Of a stretch of DNA of 64,000 bases, positions 41,373 through 51,757 are shown in pieces. The position numbers and the translations under genes are program-made. The stretch is from assembly GCA_965219085.1 (NCBI GenBank), contig OZ244720.1, positions 1,696,001-1,760,000 of the forward strand. Reading direction: 5' to 3'. How positions within the stretch are numbered: position 1 is the stretch's first letter; each line of letters opens with the position of its first letter. The DNA is from Dehalococcoidia bacterium (GTDB taxonomy: Bacteria > Chloroflexota > Dehalococcoidia > UBA2979). The notes below the pieces were generated by a model that worked only from the letters and a program-made list of their open reading frames with translations, was not told where the DNA came from and ran no database searches.

Positions 41373-43667
41373 CTAGGTCTCGTCCTCCAGCATCTCCATG
41401 ATGCGCGTCGGCGAGGCCGGGACCTGCGTGGGGCGCACGCCAATGGCGTCGCGGATCGCGTTCGTCACCGCCGCCATCGGCGGGATGATGCCCACTTCGC
41501 CCACGCCGCGCACGCCGTAGGGGTGGCCGGGGTTCGGTACCTCGACCACCAGCGCCTCGATCATCGGCAGGTCGAGCGCCGTCGGCATGCGGTAGTCGAG
41601 CAGCGTCGAGTTCACCATGCCGCCGTCGTCGTTGAACAGGTACTCCTCGGTCACGGCCATGCCGACGCCCTGCGCGGCGCCGCCCTGGATCTGCCCCACG
41701 ACGTAATCGCGGTGGATGGCGGTGCCCACGTCCTGGGCGGCGGTGTAGCGCAGGATGTCGACCTTGCCGGTCTCCGGGTCGACCTCGACGTCCACGACGT
41801 GCGTGGCGAAGGCGGGGCCGGCGGTCGTCGGCGAGACGTCGGCGCGGGCCTGAATGAGGCCGCCGGTCGTCTGTAGCTGGCCGGCGAGGTCCTTGAGGCC
41901 CATCTCCTTGCCGTCGGGACCGCGCAGCACGGCGTCGTCGCCGTAGCTCACGGCGTCACGGTCGCACTCCCAGATCACGGCGGTGCGCTCCTCGAGCTTG
42001 CGACGCAACTCCATCGCCGTCTCGTAGACGGCCCAGCCACCCGCGAAGGTGGTGCGGCTGCCGACCGTCGGGAGCGTGTAGCCGACCGAGTCGGTGTTCA
42101 CGATCTGCGGGACGACGTCCTCGTACGGCACGCCCATTGCCTCGGCGAACTGCATCGCCAGCGAGGCGCGGCTGCCGCCGATGTCGGCCGAGCCGATGTT
42201 GAGGCTGAGCCGACCGTCGGCGTTCACCGCCGCGAACGCTGCCGACTCCATGCCCACATTGAACCAGAAGCCGGAGGCGACGCCACGGCCACGGTTCTCG
42301 CCGCTCAGCTCGGAGCGGTAGTGCTCGGAGTCGCGGATGGCCTCGAGGCAAGCGATGTTGCCGATCGGGCCGAATGCGACGCCGTCGACGCGGCGGCCGC
42401 CCTCGACCATCGCGTTCTTCATGCGCAGCTCGACGGGGTCGATGTCGAGCTCATGCGCCATCTCGTCGACCATCGACTCGACGGCCCACTCGGCTGCCGG
42501 AGCGGCCGGTGCGCGGTAGGCCTGCACGCGCGGCTTGTTGACGACGACGTCCCAGCCCACGGCGCGGTACGTCTCGACGTTGTAGGGGGCGGTGGCGCAC
42601 ATCGCGCCGGCGCTGAACGCCGAGCCCGGGTAGGCGCCGGACTCGTACGCGCCCTCCCAGTCGAGGGCCGTGATGGCGCCGTCGCGCTTGGCGCCGATGC
42701 GCACGCGCATGTGCGTACCGGAGGTGGGGCCGGTGCCCTCGAACACCTCGTCGCGACCCATGTACATCTTGACGGGGCGGTGGCCGCTCTCACGCGAGAG
42801 CAGGCAGGCCAGCGGCTCCATGTAGACCGAGGTCTTGCCGCCGAAGCCGCCGCCGATCTCGACGGGGTTCACGCGGATCTTCGAGACGGAGTAGCTCAGC
42901 AGGTGCGAGAGTTGGTCGCGCACCCCGAAGTAGGCCTGGGTGCTGACCCAGACGTTGATCTGGCCGTCCTCGCTCCACAGCGCGGTGCCGTTGTGCGGCT
43001 CGATGTAGCCCTGGTGGTACATCGGCGTGTCGAACTCGCGCTCCAGCACCACGTCCGCCTCGGCGAAGCCGGCGTCGAGGTCACCCTGGGCGAACTCGAT
43101 GCGCTTCGCGACGTTCGAGGGGCGGTTGCCGTACTCCTCGGAGCCCTCGGCGCCGAAGAAGCCGAAGACCTGCTCGGTGACGATGCTGTCGTGGATGACC
43201 GGCGCCTCCGCCTTCATGGCGTACTGGACGTCGGTCACCGCCTCGAGCACCTCGTACTCGACCTCGATCAGGTCGAGGGCGTCCTCGGCGATGTGCGGGT
43301 CGGTGGCGGCGACGGCGGCCACGGCGTGGCCACGGTAGAGCGCCTTGTCGGAGGCGAGCACGTTGTCGAGCACCCAGCGCGCGCTGGCGGTCTCGCCCTC
43401 GCCCATCAGGAGCTCGGTGTCGTCCTGGCGCGGGAAGTCCGCGTTCGTGACGACGGCGGTGACGCCGGGCAGCGCCGCGGCCTTCGAGGCGTCGATCGAG
43501 ACGATGCGGGCGTGGGCGTGCGGGCTGCGCAGCACCCGGCCGTACAGCAGACGCGGCATCCGGATGTCGGCGCCGTAGATCGCCCGTCCGTTGACCTTGT
43601 CGACGCCATCCGGCCGGACCGGGCTGCCGCCCACGACCTTGTACGCCTCGCGTTCAGTAGCGACCAC
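41373..43667 (-). CDS. Xanthine dehydrogenase-family molybdopterin-binding subunit (CoxL/XdhA-like)
   Basis: RPDGVDKVNGRAIY, LRSPHAHARI, QGYIEPH, IGGGFGGK, AYRAP, VGSRTT, GQIQGG, YGVRGVGE. Confidence 0.92.
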   Translation of the reverse strand: MVATEREAYKVVGGSPVRPDGVDKVNGRAIYGADIRMPRLLYGRVLRSPHAHARIVSIDASKAAALPGVTAVVTNADFPRQDDTELLMGEGETASARWVLDNVLASDKALYRGHAVAAVAATDPHIAEDALDLIEVEYEVLEAVTDVQYAMKAEAPVIHDSIVTEQVFGFFGAEGSEEYGNRPSNVAKRIEFAQGDLDAGFAEADVVLEREFDTPMYHQGYIEPHNGTALWSEDGQINVWVSTQAYFGVRDQLSHLLSYSVSKIRVNPVEIGGGFGGKTSVYMEPLACLLSRESGHRPVKMYMGRDEVFEGTGPTSGTHMRVRIGAKRDGAITALDWEGAYESGAYPGSAFSAGAMCATAPYNVETYRAVGWDVVVNKPRVQAYRAPAAPAAEWAVESMVDEMAHELDIDPVELRMKNAMVEGGRRVDGVAFGPIGNIACLEAIRDSEHYRSELSGENRGRGVASGFWFNVGMESAAFAAVNADGRLSLNIGSADIGGSRASLAMQFAEAMGVPYEDVVPQIVNTDSVGYTLPTVGSRTTFAGGWAVYETAMELRRKLEERTAVIWECDRDAVSYGDDAVLRGPDGKEMGLKDLAGQLQTTGGLIQARADVSPTTAGPAFATHVVDVEVDPETGKVDILRYTAAQDVGTAIHRDYVVGQIQGGAAQGVGMAVTEEYLFNDDGGMVNSTLLDYRMPTALDLPMIEALVVEVPNPGHPYGVRGVGEVGIIPPMAAVTNAIRDAIGVRPTQVPASPTRIMEMLEDET

Positions 43668-43783
43668 GCGCTTCCTCCTCGTGTGCGCCGCGACGCGCTC
43701 CGGGGTCGCGGCTGGCTTCTTCCGTCAGGTATCGACGTTACGCCCGGCGCTACGGTCCGCACTAGCAGGCTGCGATGCCGGGC

Positions 43784-44191
43784 TTACCCTGCGCGCTGTA
43801 GCTCCATCAGCACGAAGTTCGACGACAGCGGGTGTACCCAGATCGCGTCGGTGTTCGGGACGCGGGTGACGCGGCCGCCGCCGGCCTCGACCTGCTGCGC
43901 GAACGCCTCCGGGTCCGGGACCTCGCAGACGAGCTGGTAGATGCCCTCGCCGTGCGGGTTGAGCGGGTTCACGCGGTCCTGCATCAGTCGGTGGATCGGG
44001 CTGTTCTCGTCGACGGGCGAGATGAGGTGCAGCGCCGTCTCGCCGTTGTAGCCCATCGCCACGAAGCGGAAGTTGCCGATCGCGTTGTGCGCCGGCTCGG
44101 CGAGCGCCTCCATGCCGAAGCGCGCCTTGTGGTTCTCGACGGCCTCTTCGAGGTCGTGGACGGCGACCGTGTGAAACTTGATCTGCAGCAT
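43784..44191 (-). CDS. VOC/glyoxalase family protein (methylmalonyl-CoA epimerase-like)
   Basis: HTVAVHDLEEAV...LHLISP...GEGIYQL...WVHPLSSNFVLMEL; GGGAGG RBS. Confidence 0.8.
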   Translation of the reverse strand: MLQIKFHTVAVHDLEEAVENHKARFGMEALAEPAHNAIGNFRFVAMGYNGETALHLISPVDENSPIHRLMQDRVNPLNPHGEGIYQLVCEVPDPEAFAQQVEAGGGRVTRVPNTDAIWVHPLSSNFVLMELQRAG

Positions 44192-44290
44192 GCGTATTCC
44201 TCCCTGCGCAGCGGGGCGTAGTCTACTGGAGGCTCGCGCCACGGGCTTCTCGCCGGCGCCCCGCGGGCGCACCAACCGAGGAGAGACCGC

Positions 44291-45382
44291 ATGACCACGC
44301 TGCTGACTGAGAGCGGCCCGGCCGACATCGAGGCTCGCGCCGACGGCGACGGCCTCTGGCTCGACATCGCCGAGGCCGAGCGCGTGACCGGCTGGGAGCT
44401 GAAGCCGGGAGGCTTCTGCTACGGCCCCGTCTGTATCCCGGTGCCGCCCGGCCGCGACGAGGAGTTCGTCGCCCCCGGCTCGGTCAACATCGCCGGGTTC
44501 TGGCGGCACATGGGCAAGCCCGTGCTCCACGACGACGCCCGCGAGGTGTGGATGCTCGGTCAGGACGCCGCCACGCGCTCCTACGAGATGCTGTCGCTGG
44601 AGGCGCCCGACTTCGCGCTGCCGGACCTCGAAGGCCGCATGCACCGCCTGTCGGACTACCGGGGCAAGCGCGTCCTGCTCGTCACGTGGGCGTCGTGGTG
44701 AGGCTGCCGCTTTGACCTGCCCGTGTGGCAGCGCCTCTACAACGAGCTCGCCGAGCACGACTTCCTCGTCATCACCGTGGCCATGGACAGCCGCGGCGCC
44801 GACGCCGCGCGCGAGTGGGTCGAAGCCGCCGAGCCCACCCACCCGAGCCTCATCGACCGCGACCACGTCGTCTCCGAGCTCTTCCACATGGTCAACGTGC
44901 CGATGGCCGTGTGGATCGACGAAGAGGGCCGCATCGTCCGGCCCGCCGAGTACGCCGGCGCCAACGACGCCTTCCGCGGCCAGGACCGCGAGACCGGCGC
45001 ATGGTCAGACGACGCGTTCCAGGAGATGCGGCGTGCGCGCCTCATTTACATGGACGCGCTGCGTGACTGGGCCGAGCACGGCGCGGCCAGCGAGTTCGCG
45101 TGGGACGAGGCCGAAGCGCGCTCCCACCTGCGGCTGCCCTCGGAGGAGACGGCGCTGGCGAACGCCCACTTCCGTATCGGCCAGCACCTGCGGCAGCGCG
45201 GGCAACTCGAGGAGGGCGAACGGTTCCTCGTGGAGGCGAAGCGGCTGTCGCCCGACAACTGGAACATCTGGCGGCAGGCGTGGAACCTGGAGGACGCGCC
45301 GGTGAGCGTCTTCTGGGAGCGTGTCGACGCCCTCGGCGATCAGCGCTACAGCCTGCCGATCGACATGCCGGGCATCGCGTAG
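44291..45382 (+). CDS. Putative selenoprotein redoxin (AhpC/TSA-TlpA-like, U-G-C motif) with a C-terminal TPR-like helix pair
   Basis: ORFs 44291-44701 and 44723-45382 are in frame across TGA 44699-44701: APDFALPDLEG..LSDYRGKRVLLVTWASW-U-GCRFDLPVWQ..VNVPMAVWIDEEGRIVR. Confidence 0.85.
44702..44737 (+). promoter_or_regulatory. Candidate bacterial SECIS element
   Basis: CTGCC-CGTGT-GGCAG hairpin with its loop about 21 nt 3' of the UGA and G at loop position 2; outer GGC/GCC pairing. Confidence 0.6.
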
Positions 45383-45509
45383 GGACGTCGTTCTGGCTTG
45401 CATGAGCCGAGCCGGGGGAGTAGACAGAACGGGGCACCGCCTAGCGCGTTGTTCACGTAGGATCGCGCTGGTGGATGCATAGAGAGCATCTTCAACAGGG
45501 GGGCATTAT

Positions 45510-47378
45510 ATGACGGAATATAGCGACGAAGGTCGCGACTGGACGACGATGTTCGGCAACTTCACCAGTCGGCGCACGCTGCTGCGAGGCAGCGCCATCG
45601 GCGTGGCCGGCCTCGCCGCTGCCGCCCTCGTGGGTTGCGGTGGCGACGACGATGATGACGACGACACCGCCAGTTCGTCGCGCGGCTCGACCAGTACGAC
45701 GACGACCACATCGACCACTTCGAGCAGCACGACCACGACGGCCGCGACCAGCGACGACGACGACTCGGCAGACGAGACGGTCGCCCGCTCCATGGGCGAG
45801 CTGATCCAGGACCCGAGCCTGCCGTTCCCGTACAACTTCCCGGAGCCGGACAAGGAGCCGAAGGCGGGCGGCACGATCATCTCGAGCGCCAGCACCGACA
45901 TCTCCACGTTCGACTCGACGAAGACGGCGGCGAGCGGCACGGGCCGCTACGTCAACATGGTCTACGACCGGATCCTCGGATTTAACCGTGGCGTCGACCT
46001 GCACCCGGCGAACATCGAGATCGAGCCGGAGCTCGCGCACTCGTGGGAACGCTCGCCGGACGGGCTGACCTTCACGTTCCACCTGCGCGACGACGTCTAC
46101 TGGCAGAACGTGGCGCCGCTCAACGGCCGCCAGTTCATCGCCTCGGACGTCAAGTTCGCCTACGAGCGTTATGCGACCGAGGGTGTGCACCAGGCGTACT
46201 GGGTCAACTCGGCCAGCGTCGACGCGCCCGACAACCAGACGGTGACGGTTACGCTGGCTCGCGCCATCGCGGACTTCATCCGCCCGCTCGCGAGTTGCTA
46301 CCAGTCGATCCACCCGCGCGAGCTCGTCGACAGTGGCCAGATCGAGCAGACCGCGGTGGGCACCGGGCCGATGATCCTCGAAGAGGCGATCACCTCGGAG
46401 AAGGTCACGTACAGCACGAACCCGGACTTCTGGGAGAAGCCCGTACTGGTCGACGGCATCGAGTTCCGGCACCTCCCGGACGGCGCGGGGCGGCTCGCCG
46501 CCTTCCGTGCCGGACAGGTCGCCACGGGCGAAGGCATCGTCGGTAACCTCCGCGAGGTCGAGAACCTGCTCGAGACCAACCCGGACACGCAGATCAACCT
46601 GACCGCGCTCACCAACGGCCAGGGGTTCGCGATGAACCTCGCGAACCCGAAGTACCAGGACGAGCGCGTGCGCCAGGCGATCTCGCTGGCGATCGACCGC
46701 GACCTGCTGATGGCGATCCTGTACCAGGGTCTTGGCCAGGTCCTGCACTCGATCCCGTGGCTCTTCGTCTGGGACGAGCAGCCGACCATCGAGAACGGCA
46801 ACCTTGGACCGTGGACACGCTTCGACCCGGCCGAGTCCAGGAAGTTGCTGGCTGCCGCCGGTGCTGAGGGGCTGGAGATGAAGAACATCTTCTTCCCGTA
46901 CTCCTCGGCGTACGAGCAGACCCCCGACATCCTCACGGACATGTTCGCCGACGTCGGCATCACGATGACGGGCGGCGCGGCCGACTACACCGAGTTCAAC
47001 TCGCAGTGGGTGGGCCGCAACCTCGAGGACGTGTCGACCGCCGGTTGGGGCACCATCGGCTTCGACGCGGAGAACTACTTCTACAACTCGATGCACTCGA
47101 CGGCTCCGGGGAACCGCTGGCGGTTCAACGACCCGAAGCTCGACGAGCTCACCGAGGCGCAGCAGATCGAGCTCGATCCCGACGCCCGCAAGGCGATCTT
47201 CCAGGAGATCTGGGGGTACGAGTTGGAGAAGGCCTACCGCCCGGTCATCGGCGGCGGCGCCGGCTTCTATGTCTACCAGCCGTGGCTGCGTGGCATCCGC
47301 TTCGGCGGTGCGCTCTCCACGACGAACATCTACCAGGACTGGGGCGACATCATCGCCGACGGCTGGATCGACAAGTAA
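45510..47378 (+). CDS. Peptide-type ABC substrate-binding lipoprotein (Tat-exported), paralogue of 39447-41261
   Basis: SRRTLLRG, LVGC, poly-Asp and Ser/Thr linker, EPELAHSWE, GTGPM, YQDERVRQAISLAIDR, WIDK end. Confidence 0.92.
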   Translation: MTEYSDEGRDWTTMFGNFTSRRTLLRGSAIGVAGLAAAALVGCGGDDDDDDDTASSSRGSTSTTTTTSTTSSSTTTTAATSDDDDSADETVARSMGELIQDPSLPFPYNFPEPDKEPKAGGTIISSASTDISTFDSTKTAASGTGRYVNMVYDRILGFNRGVDLHPANIEIEPELAHSWERSPDGLTFTFHLRDDVYWQNVAPLNGRQFIASDVKFAYERYATEGVHQAYWVNSASVDAPDNQTVTVTLARAIADFIRPLASCYQSIHPRELVDSGQIEQTAVGTGPMILEEAITSEKVTYSTNPDFWEKPVLVDGIEFRHLPDGAGRLAAFRAGQVATGEGIVGNLREVENLLETNPDTQINLTALTNGQGFAMNLANPKYQDERVRQAISLAIDRDLLMAILYQGLGQVLHSIPWLFVWDEQPTIENGNLGPWTRFDPAESRKLLAAAGAEGLEMKNIFFPYSSAYEQTPDILTDMFADVGITMTGGAADYTEFNSQWVGRNLEDVSTAGWGTIGFDAENYFYNSMHSTAPGNRWRFNDPKLDELTEAQQIELDPDARKAIFQEIWGYELEKAYRPVIGGGAGFYVYQPWLRGIRFGGALSTTNIYQDWGDIIADGWIDK

Positions 47379-47412
47379 GTCGGAGCCCCTTCGGGGACTC
47401 GGGAACACACGC

Positions 47413-47438
47413 GGGAGCCGGCCAACTGGCCGGCTCCC
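47413..47438 (+). terminator. Terminator-like hairpin
   Basis: GGGAGCCGGCCA-AC-TGGCCGGCTCCC. Confidence 0.6.
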
Positions 47439-47530
47439 TGCTTGTGTCTCCCGTAGACGGCTCACCTCGCAGGTTCGACGAGCATTGATGCGCTCGCCCG
47501 AGCGAGCCCAGTGACCGGAAGGCGAGCGCG

Positions 47531-48832
47531 ATGGGGCGGCTGAGGGGCGTCTACTTCGGGTACTACGTGATCGCGGCGCTGTTCATCGCCGAGATCGCGG
47601 TGACCGGGGTCAGCTTCTACTCCTTCAGCCTGTTCATCACCGCCTGGCAGGACGACCCGACCCTCGCGTGGTCCCTCACCGCGATCAACGGCTCCTTCCT
47701 GGTGGGGTTACCGCTCGCCCTCACCAGCCCGCTGCTCGGCCGCTTCATCGACGAGCGCGGAGCGCGGCTGGCGATGCTGCTCGGCGTGCCGCTGATCGGC
47801 GGCACGTTCCTGCTCGAGGCGTTCATGACGGAGATCTGGCACCTCTGGGTGGCCCAGGGGTTGCTGATCACTGGCCAGTCGGCGGCGTTCCTCGGCACGG
47901 GCAAGCTCGTCGGGCTGTGGTTCGACACCGATCGCGGCCGGATGATGGGCATCGCCCTCGCCGGCAACAACGCCGGCGGCGTGATCATGGCGCCGATGTC
48001 CGCGATCTTCATCGACGCCTTCGGCTGGCGGACGACCGTATTCGTCTTCGGCGTCGCGATCATCGCTGTCAACTCGCTGCTGATCTGGCTGTGGGTCCGC
48101 GACAAGCCCGAGGACGTGATCGCCGAGGCACGCCGTGTCGGCCGCGAGCGCGAGGCCCAGACCGCCGAGGCACTGCTCGCGGCGACGACGTCCGGGTCCA
48201 GCGCCGACGCAGGCGACACTCGGCCTGCCACGAGCCAGGGCGTGACGTGGCAGCAGAGCCTGCGCATGCCCGCGTTCTGGCTGCTCACGGTCGCCTTCGT
48301 GGCCACGTTCGCCTCGATCTTCGCGGTGTTGAACCAGCTCGGGAAACACCTCGAAATCGTCGGGATCAGTACCGCGACGGCGGGCGGAGCGCTGGGACTC
48401 CTTGGCGCGTTCGGGTTCATGGGGAAGCTGATCTTCGGGTTCGCGTCGGAGCGGTTCCCCTCGCGCTACGGGTTCGCGGCGGTCTGCGTCTTGCAGATGT
48501 GTGGGATCGTGATCCTGCTGCTACTGCGAACGCCTGGGGAGTTGTGGCTGCTTTGGCCGTTCGTCGCGGTCTACGGCGTCGGCTTCGGCGCGGTGGGGGC
48601 GCTGATGCCGCTGGTGGTGGCGGACACCTTCGGGCTCTATGCCTACGCGACGATCTTCGGCGCGCAGCAGCTCATCCTGCGCATCGTGAACGGCGGGCTG
48701 CCGCCCGTCGTGGGGTGGTCCGTGGACTACACCGGCACGTACGAGGCGGCGTTCGTCGCCACGATCTTCGCGCTGCTGGTCGGCGCCGTCGCGGTCGTCT
48801 TCGCGCGGACGGAGGCGACGCCGGCGAGGTGA
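47531..48832 (+). CDS. MFS transporter
   Basis: About 12 hydrophobic segments, GRFIDERGAR, WFDTDRGRMMGIA, FGFASERF. Confidence 0.9.
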   Translation: MGRLRGVYFGYYVIAALFIAEIAVTGVSFYSFSLFITAWQDDPTLAWSLTAINGSFLVGLPLALTSPLLGRFIDERGARLAMLLGVPLIGGTFLLEAFMTEIWHLWVAQGLLITGQSAAFLGTGKLVGLWFDTDRGRMMGIALAGNNAGGVIMAPMSAIFIDAFGWRTTVFVFGVAIIAVNSLLIWLWVRDKPEDVIAEARRVGREREAQTAEALLAATTSGSSADAGDTRPATSQGVTWQQSLRMPAFWLLTVAFVATFASIFAVLNQLGKHLEIVGISTATAGGALGLLGAFGFMGKLIFGFASERFPSRYGFAAVCVLQMCGIVILLLLRTPGELWLLWPFVAVYGVGFGAVGALMPLVVADTFGLYAYATIFGAQQLILRIVNGGLPPVVGWSVDYTGTYEAAFVATIFALLVGAVAVVFARTEATPAR

Positions 48833-48870
48833 GGGGCGGCGGGGCGAGCAGGTAAGGTGCGGTTGTTCCC

Positions 48871-49089
48871 GTGGAGTTGCGGTTTACGTGGAACGCGCGC
48901 CAGGCAATGGACAGGCGGCGTATCGACCAGGCGGTAGTAGAAGCCGTGATCGACCGGGCCCGCTCGGTGGAGATCGGGCCAACGGCGGTCATCTATGATG
49001 GGGATGTAGAGGGCCGCCTCATTCGCGTCGTGATCGCGCGCGGATCGAGCCCGGCGCTCGTGATCACAGTGCATGAGCGGGATCGCTGA
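48871..49089 (+). CDS. DUF4258-like putative toxin
   Basis: LRFTWNARQAMDRRRI...IRVVI...LVITVH; abuts a DUF2283 gene. Confidence 0.65.
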   Translation: MELRFTWNARQAMDRRRIDQAVVEAVIDRARSVEIGPTAVIYDGDVEGRLIRVVIARGSSPALVITVHERDR

Positions 49090-49341
49090 GTGACTGCAAT
49101 GGAAGTTCGATACGATCCCGAAGCCGACGCAATCTACGTCACGCTCCGTGAGCATCACGGTCGGTTGCAGTCACGCAATGCAGGGGACTGGCGTCGCGTC
49201 ATCGACTACGACGACGCGGGCGAGCCGGTCGGCGTCGAACTCCTGGCCGTCAGCACCGGGCTCGATCTTGACGGGCTCCCGGAGGCCGAGGCGATTGGCA
49301 AGGCGATCCGCTCGTTTCCGCGCCTGGAGGTCTCGCCTTAG
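49090..49341 (+). CDS. DUF2283-like putative antitoxin
   Basis: VRYDPEADAIYVTL...VIDYDDAGEPVGVELL. Confidence 0.8.
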   Translation: MTAMEVRYDPEADAIYVTLREHHGRLQSRNAGDWRRVIDYDDAGEPVGVELLAVSTGLDLDGLPEAEAIGKAIRSFPRLEVSP

Positions 49342-50234
49342 GTGCCTCGCAGGCGCGGGTCCAGGACGTCCCGGACCACGTCGCCGAGCAGGTTGAACGC
49401 AAGCACCGTGAGCGCGATCGCGAGGCCCGGGAAGATCGCCAGCCACGGCGCCTCTTCCATGTAGCGGCGCCCCGTACCCGACAGCATCAGGCCCCACGAC
49501 GGCTCCGGCGGCTGCGTCGACAGGCCGAGGAAGCTCAGCCCCGCCTCGATCAGGATCGCGTTGCCGAGCGACGCCGAGATCAGGATCAGGATCGGCGCCA
49601 CCACGTTCGGCAGTACGTGCCGGATCATGATGCGCTGTGGCGACGCGCCGATGGTGAGTGCGGCCTCGACGTAGACGTTCTGCTTGACTGACAGCACCGC
49701 CCCGCGCACAACGCGCGACTGGAACGGGATGATGACGATTGCGATCGCGAGCAGCGCGTTCGTGGTGCTCGTGCCCAGGACGGCCACGAGCGACATTGCG
49801 AGGACGATGCCGGGGAAGGCCAGCACGGCGTCGACGATGCGCTGGATCACCATGTCGATCCACCCGCCGGCGAACCCGCTCACCAGCCCAACCAGCGCCC
49901 CGCCCAGAGAGCCCAGGGCCACCGCCAGGAAGCCGACGTACAGGGAAATCCTCGAGCCATGCAGGATGCGGCTGAACATGTCCCGACCAAGGTCGTCGGT
50001 GCCGAAGAAGTGGGTGGAGCTCGGCGCCTGGAACGTGTCGATCGAGATCCCAATCGGGTCGTACGGCGCCACGTACGGGGCCGACAGGGCGGAGAGGGCC
50101 AGGACAGCGATGACGACTGCCGAGGCCGCCCCAAGGGGCTTGCGCAGCACGCGCACCGTCGAGTCGATGGCCCAGTGACGTTGTCCGCTCGGGCCTGCCG
50201 CGGTGAAGCTGACGGGTTCTATGAGGGTGCTCAT
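49338..50234 (-). CDS. Peptide ABC transporter permease (DppC-like)
   Basis: HFFGTDDLGRDMFSRILHGSRISL, YVEAALTIGAS, HVLPNV, EAGLSFLGL, PSWG, FNLLGD..DPR. Confidence 0.94.
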   Translation of the reverse strand: MSTLIEPVSFTAAGPSGQRHWAIDSTVRVLRKPLGAASAVVIAVLALSALSAPYVAPYDPIGISIDTFQAPSSTHFFGTDDLGRDMFSRILHGSRISLYVGFLAVALGSLGGALVGLVSGFAGGWIDMVIQRIVDAVLAFPGIVLAMSLVAVLGTSTTNALLAIAIVIIPFQSRVVRGAVLSVKQNVYVEAALTIGASPQRIMIRHVLPNVVAPILILISASLGNAILIEAGLSFLGLSTQPPEPSWGLMLSGTGRRYMEEAPWLAIFPGLAIALTVLAFNLLGDVVRDVLDPRLRGT

Positions 50235-50262
50235 GAATAACGCTCCGTCTGTCCGTCGCGCG

Positions 50263-51213
50263 TCACTGGTAGCGGATCCGCGGGTCGATGATCGCGTACG
50301 AGAGGTCCACGATGAGGTTCGCGGCGACGAAGATGACGGCCATCACCATCACGGTGCCCTGGAGCACGGGGTAGTCGCGTAGCAGCACCGCATTGAGCGC
50401 GAGCCGCCCCATCCCGGGCAGCGCAAATATGGTCTCGATCACCACCAGGCCGCCCAGCATGAAGCTCAGCAGACCGCCGAAGATCGTGATCACGGGGATC
50501 AGCGCGTTCTTGAGCGCATGCCGGATCACAATGGTGCGTTCCTGGAGCCCCTTCGCGCGCGCAGTGCGCACGTAGTCCTCGCGCAGCACTTCGAGCATCG
50601 CCGATCGCGTCATGCGCGAGGCCGTGGCGGAGAGCCGGTAGCCGACGATGACAGCGGGGAAGATCAACGCCTGCAGGTTGCGGCTGGGATCCTCCCACAG
50701 CGGGAAGTAGCCGAACTCGGGGAGCCAGCCGATCCAGAGCGTGAGCGCCAGCAGCAGCATCGTTGCAAGCCAGAAGTCCGGCATCGATAACCCGATGATG
50801 GCGAAGAGCCGCGCCCCGTAGTCGGGAATAGAGTCCTGTTTAACGGCGGAGATCACCCCCAACGGGATCGCGATCCCGATCGAGATCACGATCGCCATGA
50901 TCGCGATCTGGATCGAGACGCGCATGCGCGCGGCAATCGTCGGGAGCACGGGGTCGCCGTCCCACAGCGACTCGCCGAAGTCGCCGCGGACGACCCCGCT
51001 CGCCCAGTCGATGTACTGCACCACGAACGGGCGGTCGATGCCCAGTTCGGCGCGCATCTTGGCGAGCTCCTCGTCGTTGGCGTAGCCACCCTCGGCGAGG
51101 CGCGCCATGACGACGTCGCCCGGTACCAGCCGGACGAGCGAGAAGATGATGACGGAGACAAGGACCAGGGAGGGAATCGCAGACAGCAGTCTGCGGATGA
51201 TGTACTCGGTCAC
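50263..51213 (-). CDS. Peptide ABC transporter permease (DppB-like)
   Basis: YIIRRLL, GDFGESL, EDYVRTARAKGL, HALKNALIP, IETIFALPGMG, DYPVLQG, DPRIR. Confidence 0.94.
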   Translation of the reverse strand: MTEYIIRRLLSAIPSLVLVSVIIFSLVRLVPGDVVMARLAEGGYANDEELAKMRAELGIDRPFVVQYIDWASGVVRGDFGESLWDGDPVLPTIAARMRVSIQIAIMAIVISIGIAIPLGVISAVKQDSIPDYGARLFAIIGLSMPDFWLATMLLLALTLWIGWLPEFGYFPLWEDPSRNLQALIFPAVIVGYRLSATASRMTRSAMLEVLREDYVRTARAKGLQERTIVIRHALKNALIPVITIFGGLLSFMLGGLVVIETIFALPGMGRLALNAVLLRDYPVLQGTVMVMAVIFVAANLIVDLSYAIIDPRIRYQ

Positions 51214-51386
51214 GAGGCGCGCTCCCTCGAAGGCCGCAACCCCCGGACGGTCCCACGGGTAGAGTTAGACCGCATTGTATGCCCATGGGGACGGCTCGCG
51301 CGATTGCGCAGAGCGTTCGAGACATCGCGCATAACAGATCGTTCGCAGCGCGAAGCCGTGTTGGTGCAAGCAGGAGCCGGACACAC

Positions 51387-51412
51387 ATCGGGCCCCATCA
51401 CTGGGGCCCGAT
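51387..51412. terminator. Hairpin in the tRNA-Arg/dppB intergenic region
   Basis: ATCGGGCCCCA-TCAC-TGGGGCCCGAT. Confidence 0.6.
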
Positions 51413-51757
51413 ACGGGTTGTTTGCCTGGATTCGCCGGACGCCGTCTCCGCGTCAACTCCGGCTGGCGGCGGCGGGTGGTGGCTCTGCGCCACCGGTCAC
51501 CGCTGGAGGTGCGACGCCCGGCTAGCCCTGGCCTGCTCTGTCCAAGGGTCCGCTCCTCCCGGTTCAGGCGCGCTGTGCGCTCCCGAGGAACATCCTGATC
51601 GACTTCACGATCAGCCTCCATTCCTCGTGTCTGCACTTCGATCATGCTCCTTCCGATCTCGCTTTGCAAGCGAGCGAGAGCGTGGATGTAACGGGGCGCG
51701 CGAGGCCCCAACGCCACCGTGGGGCAGCCGCACGAGACCCGGGCCGTGGGGGTGTGC

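Noticed and set aside
41373-43667. Form I aerobic CO dehydrogenase large subunit
   Set aside because: Active-site loop reads AYRAP, not AYxCSFR, and no coxM/coxS genes are adjacent
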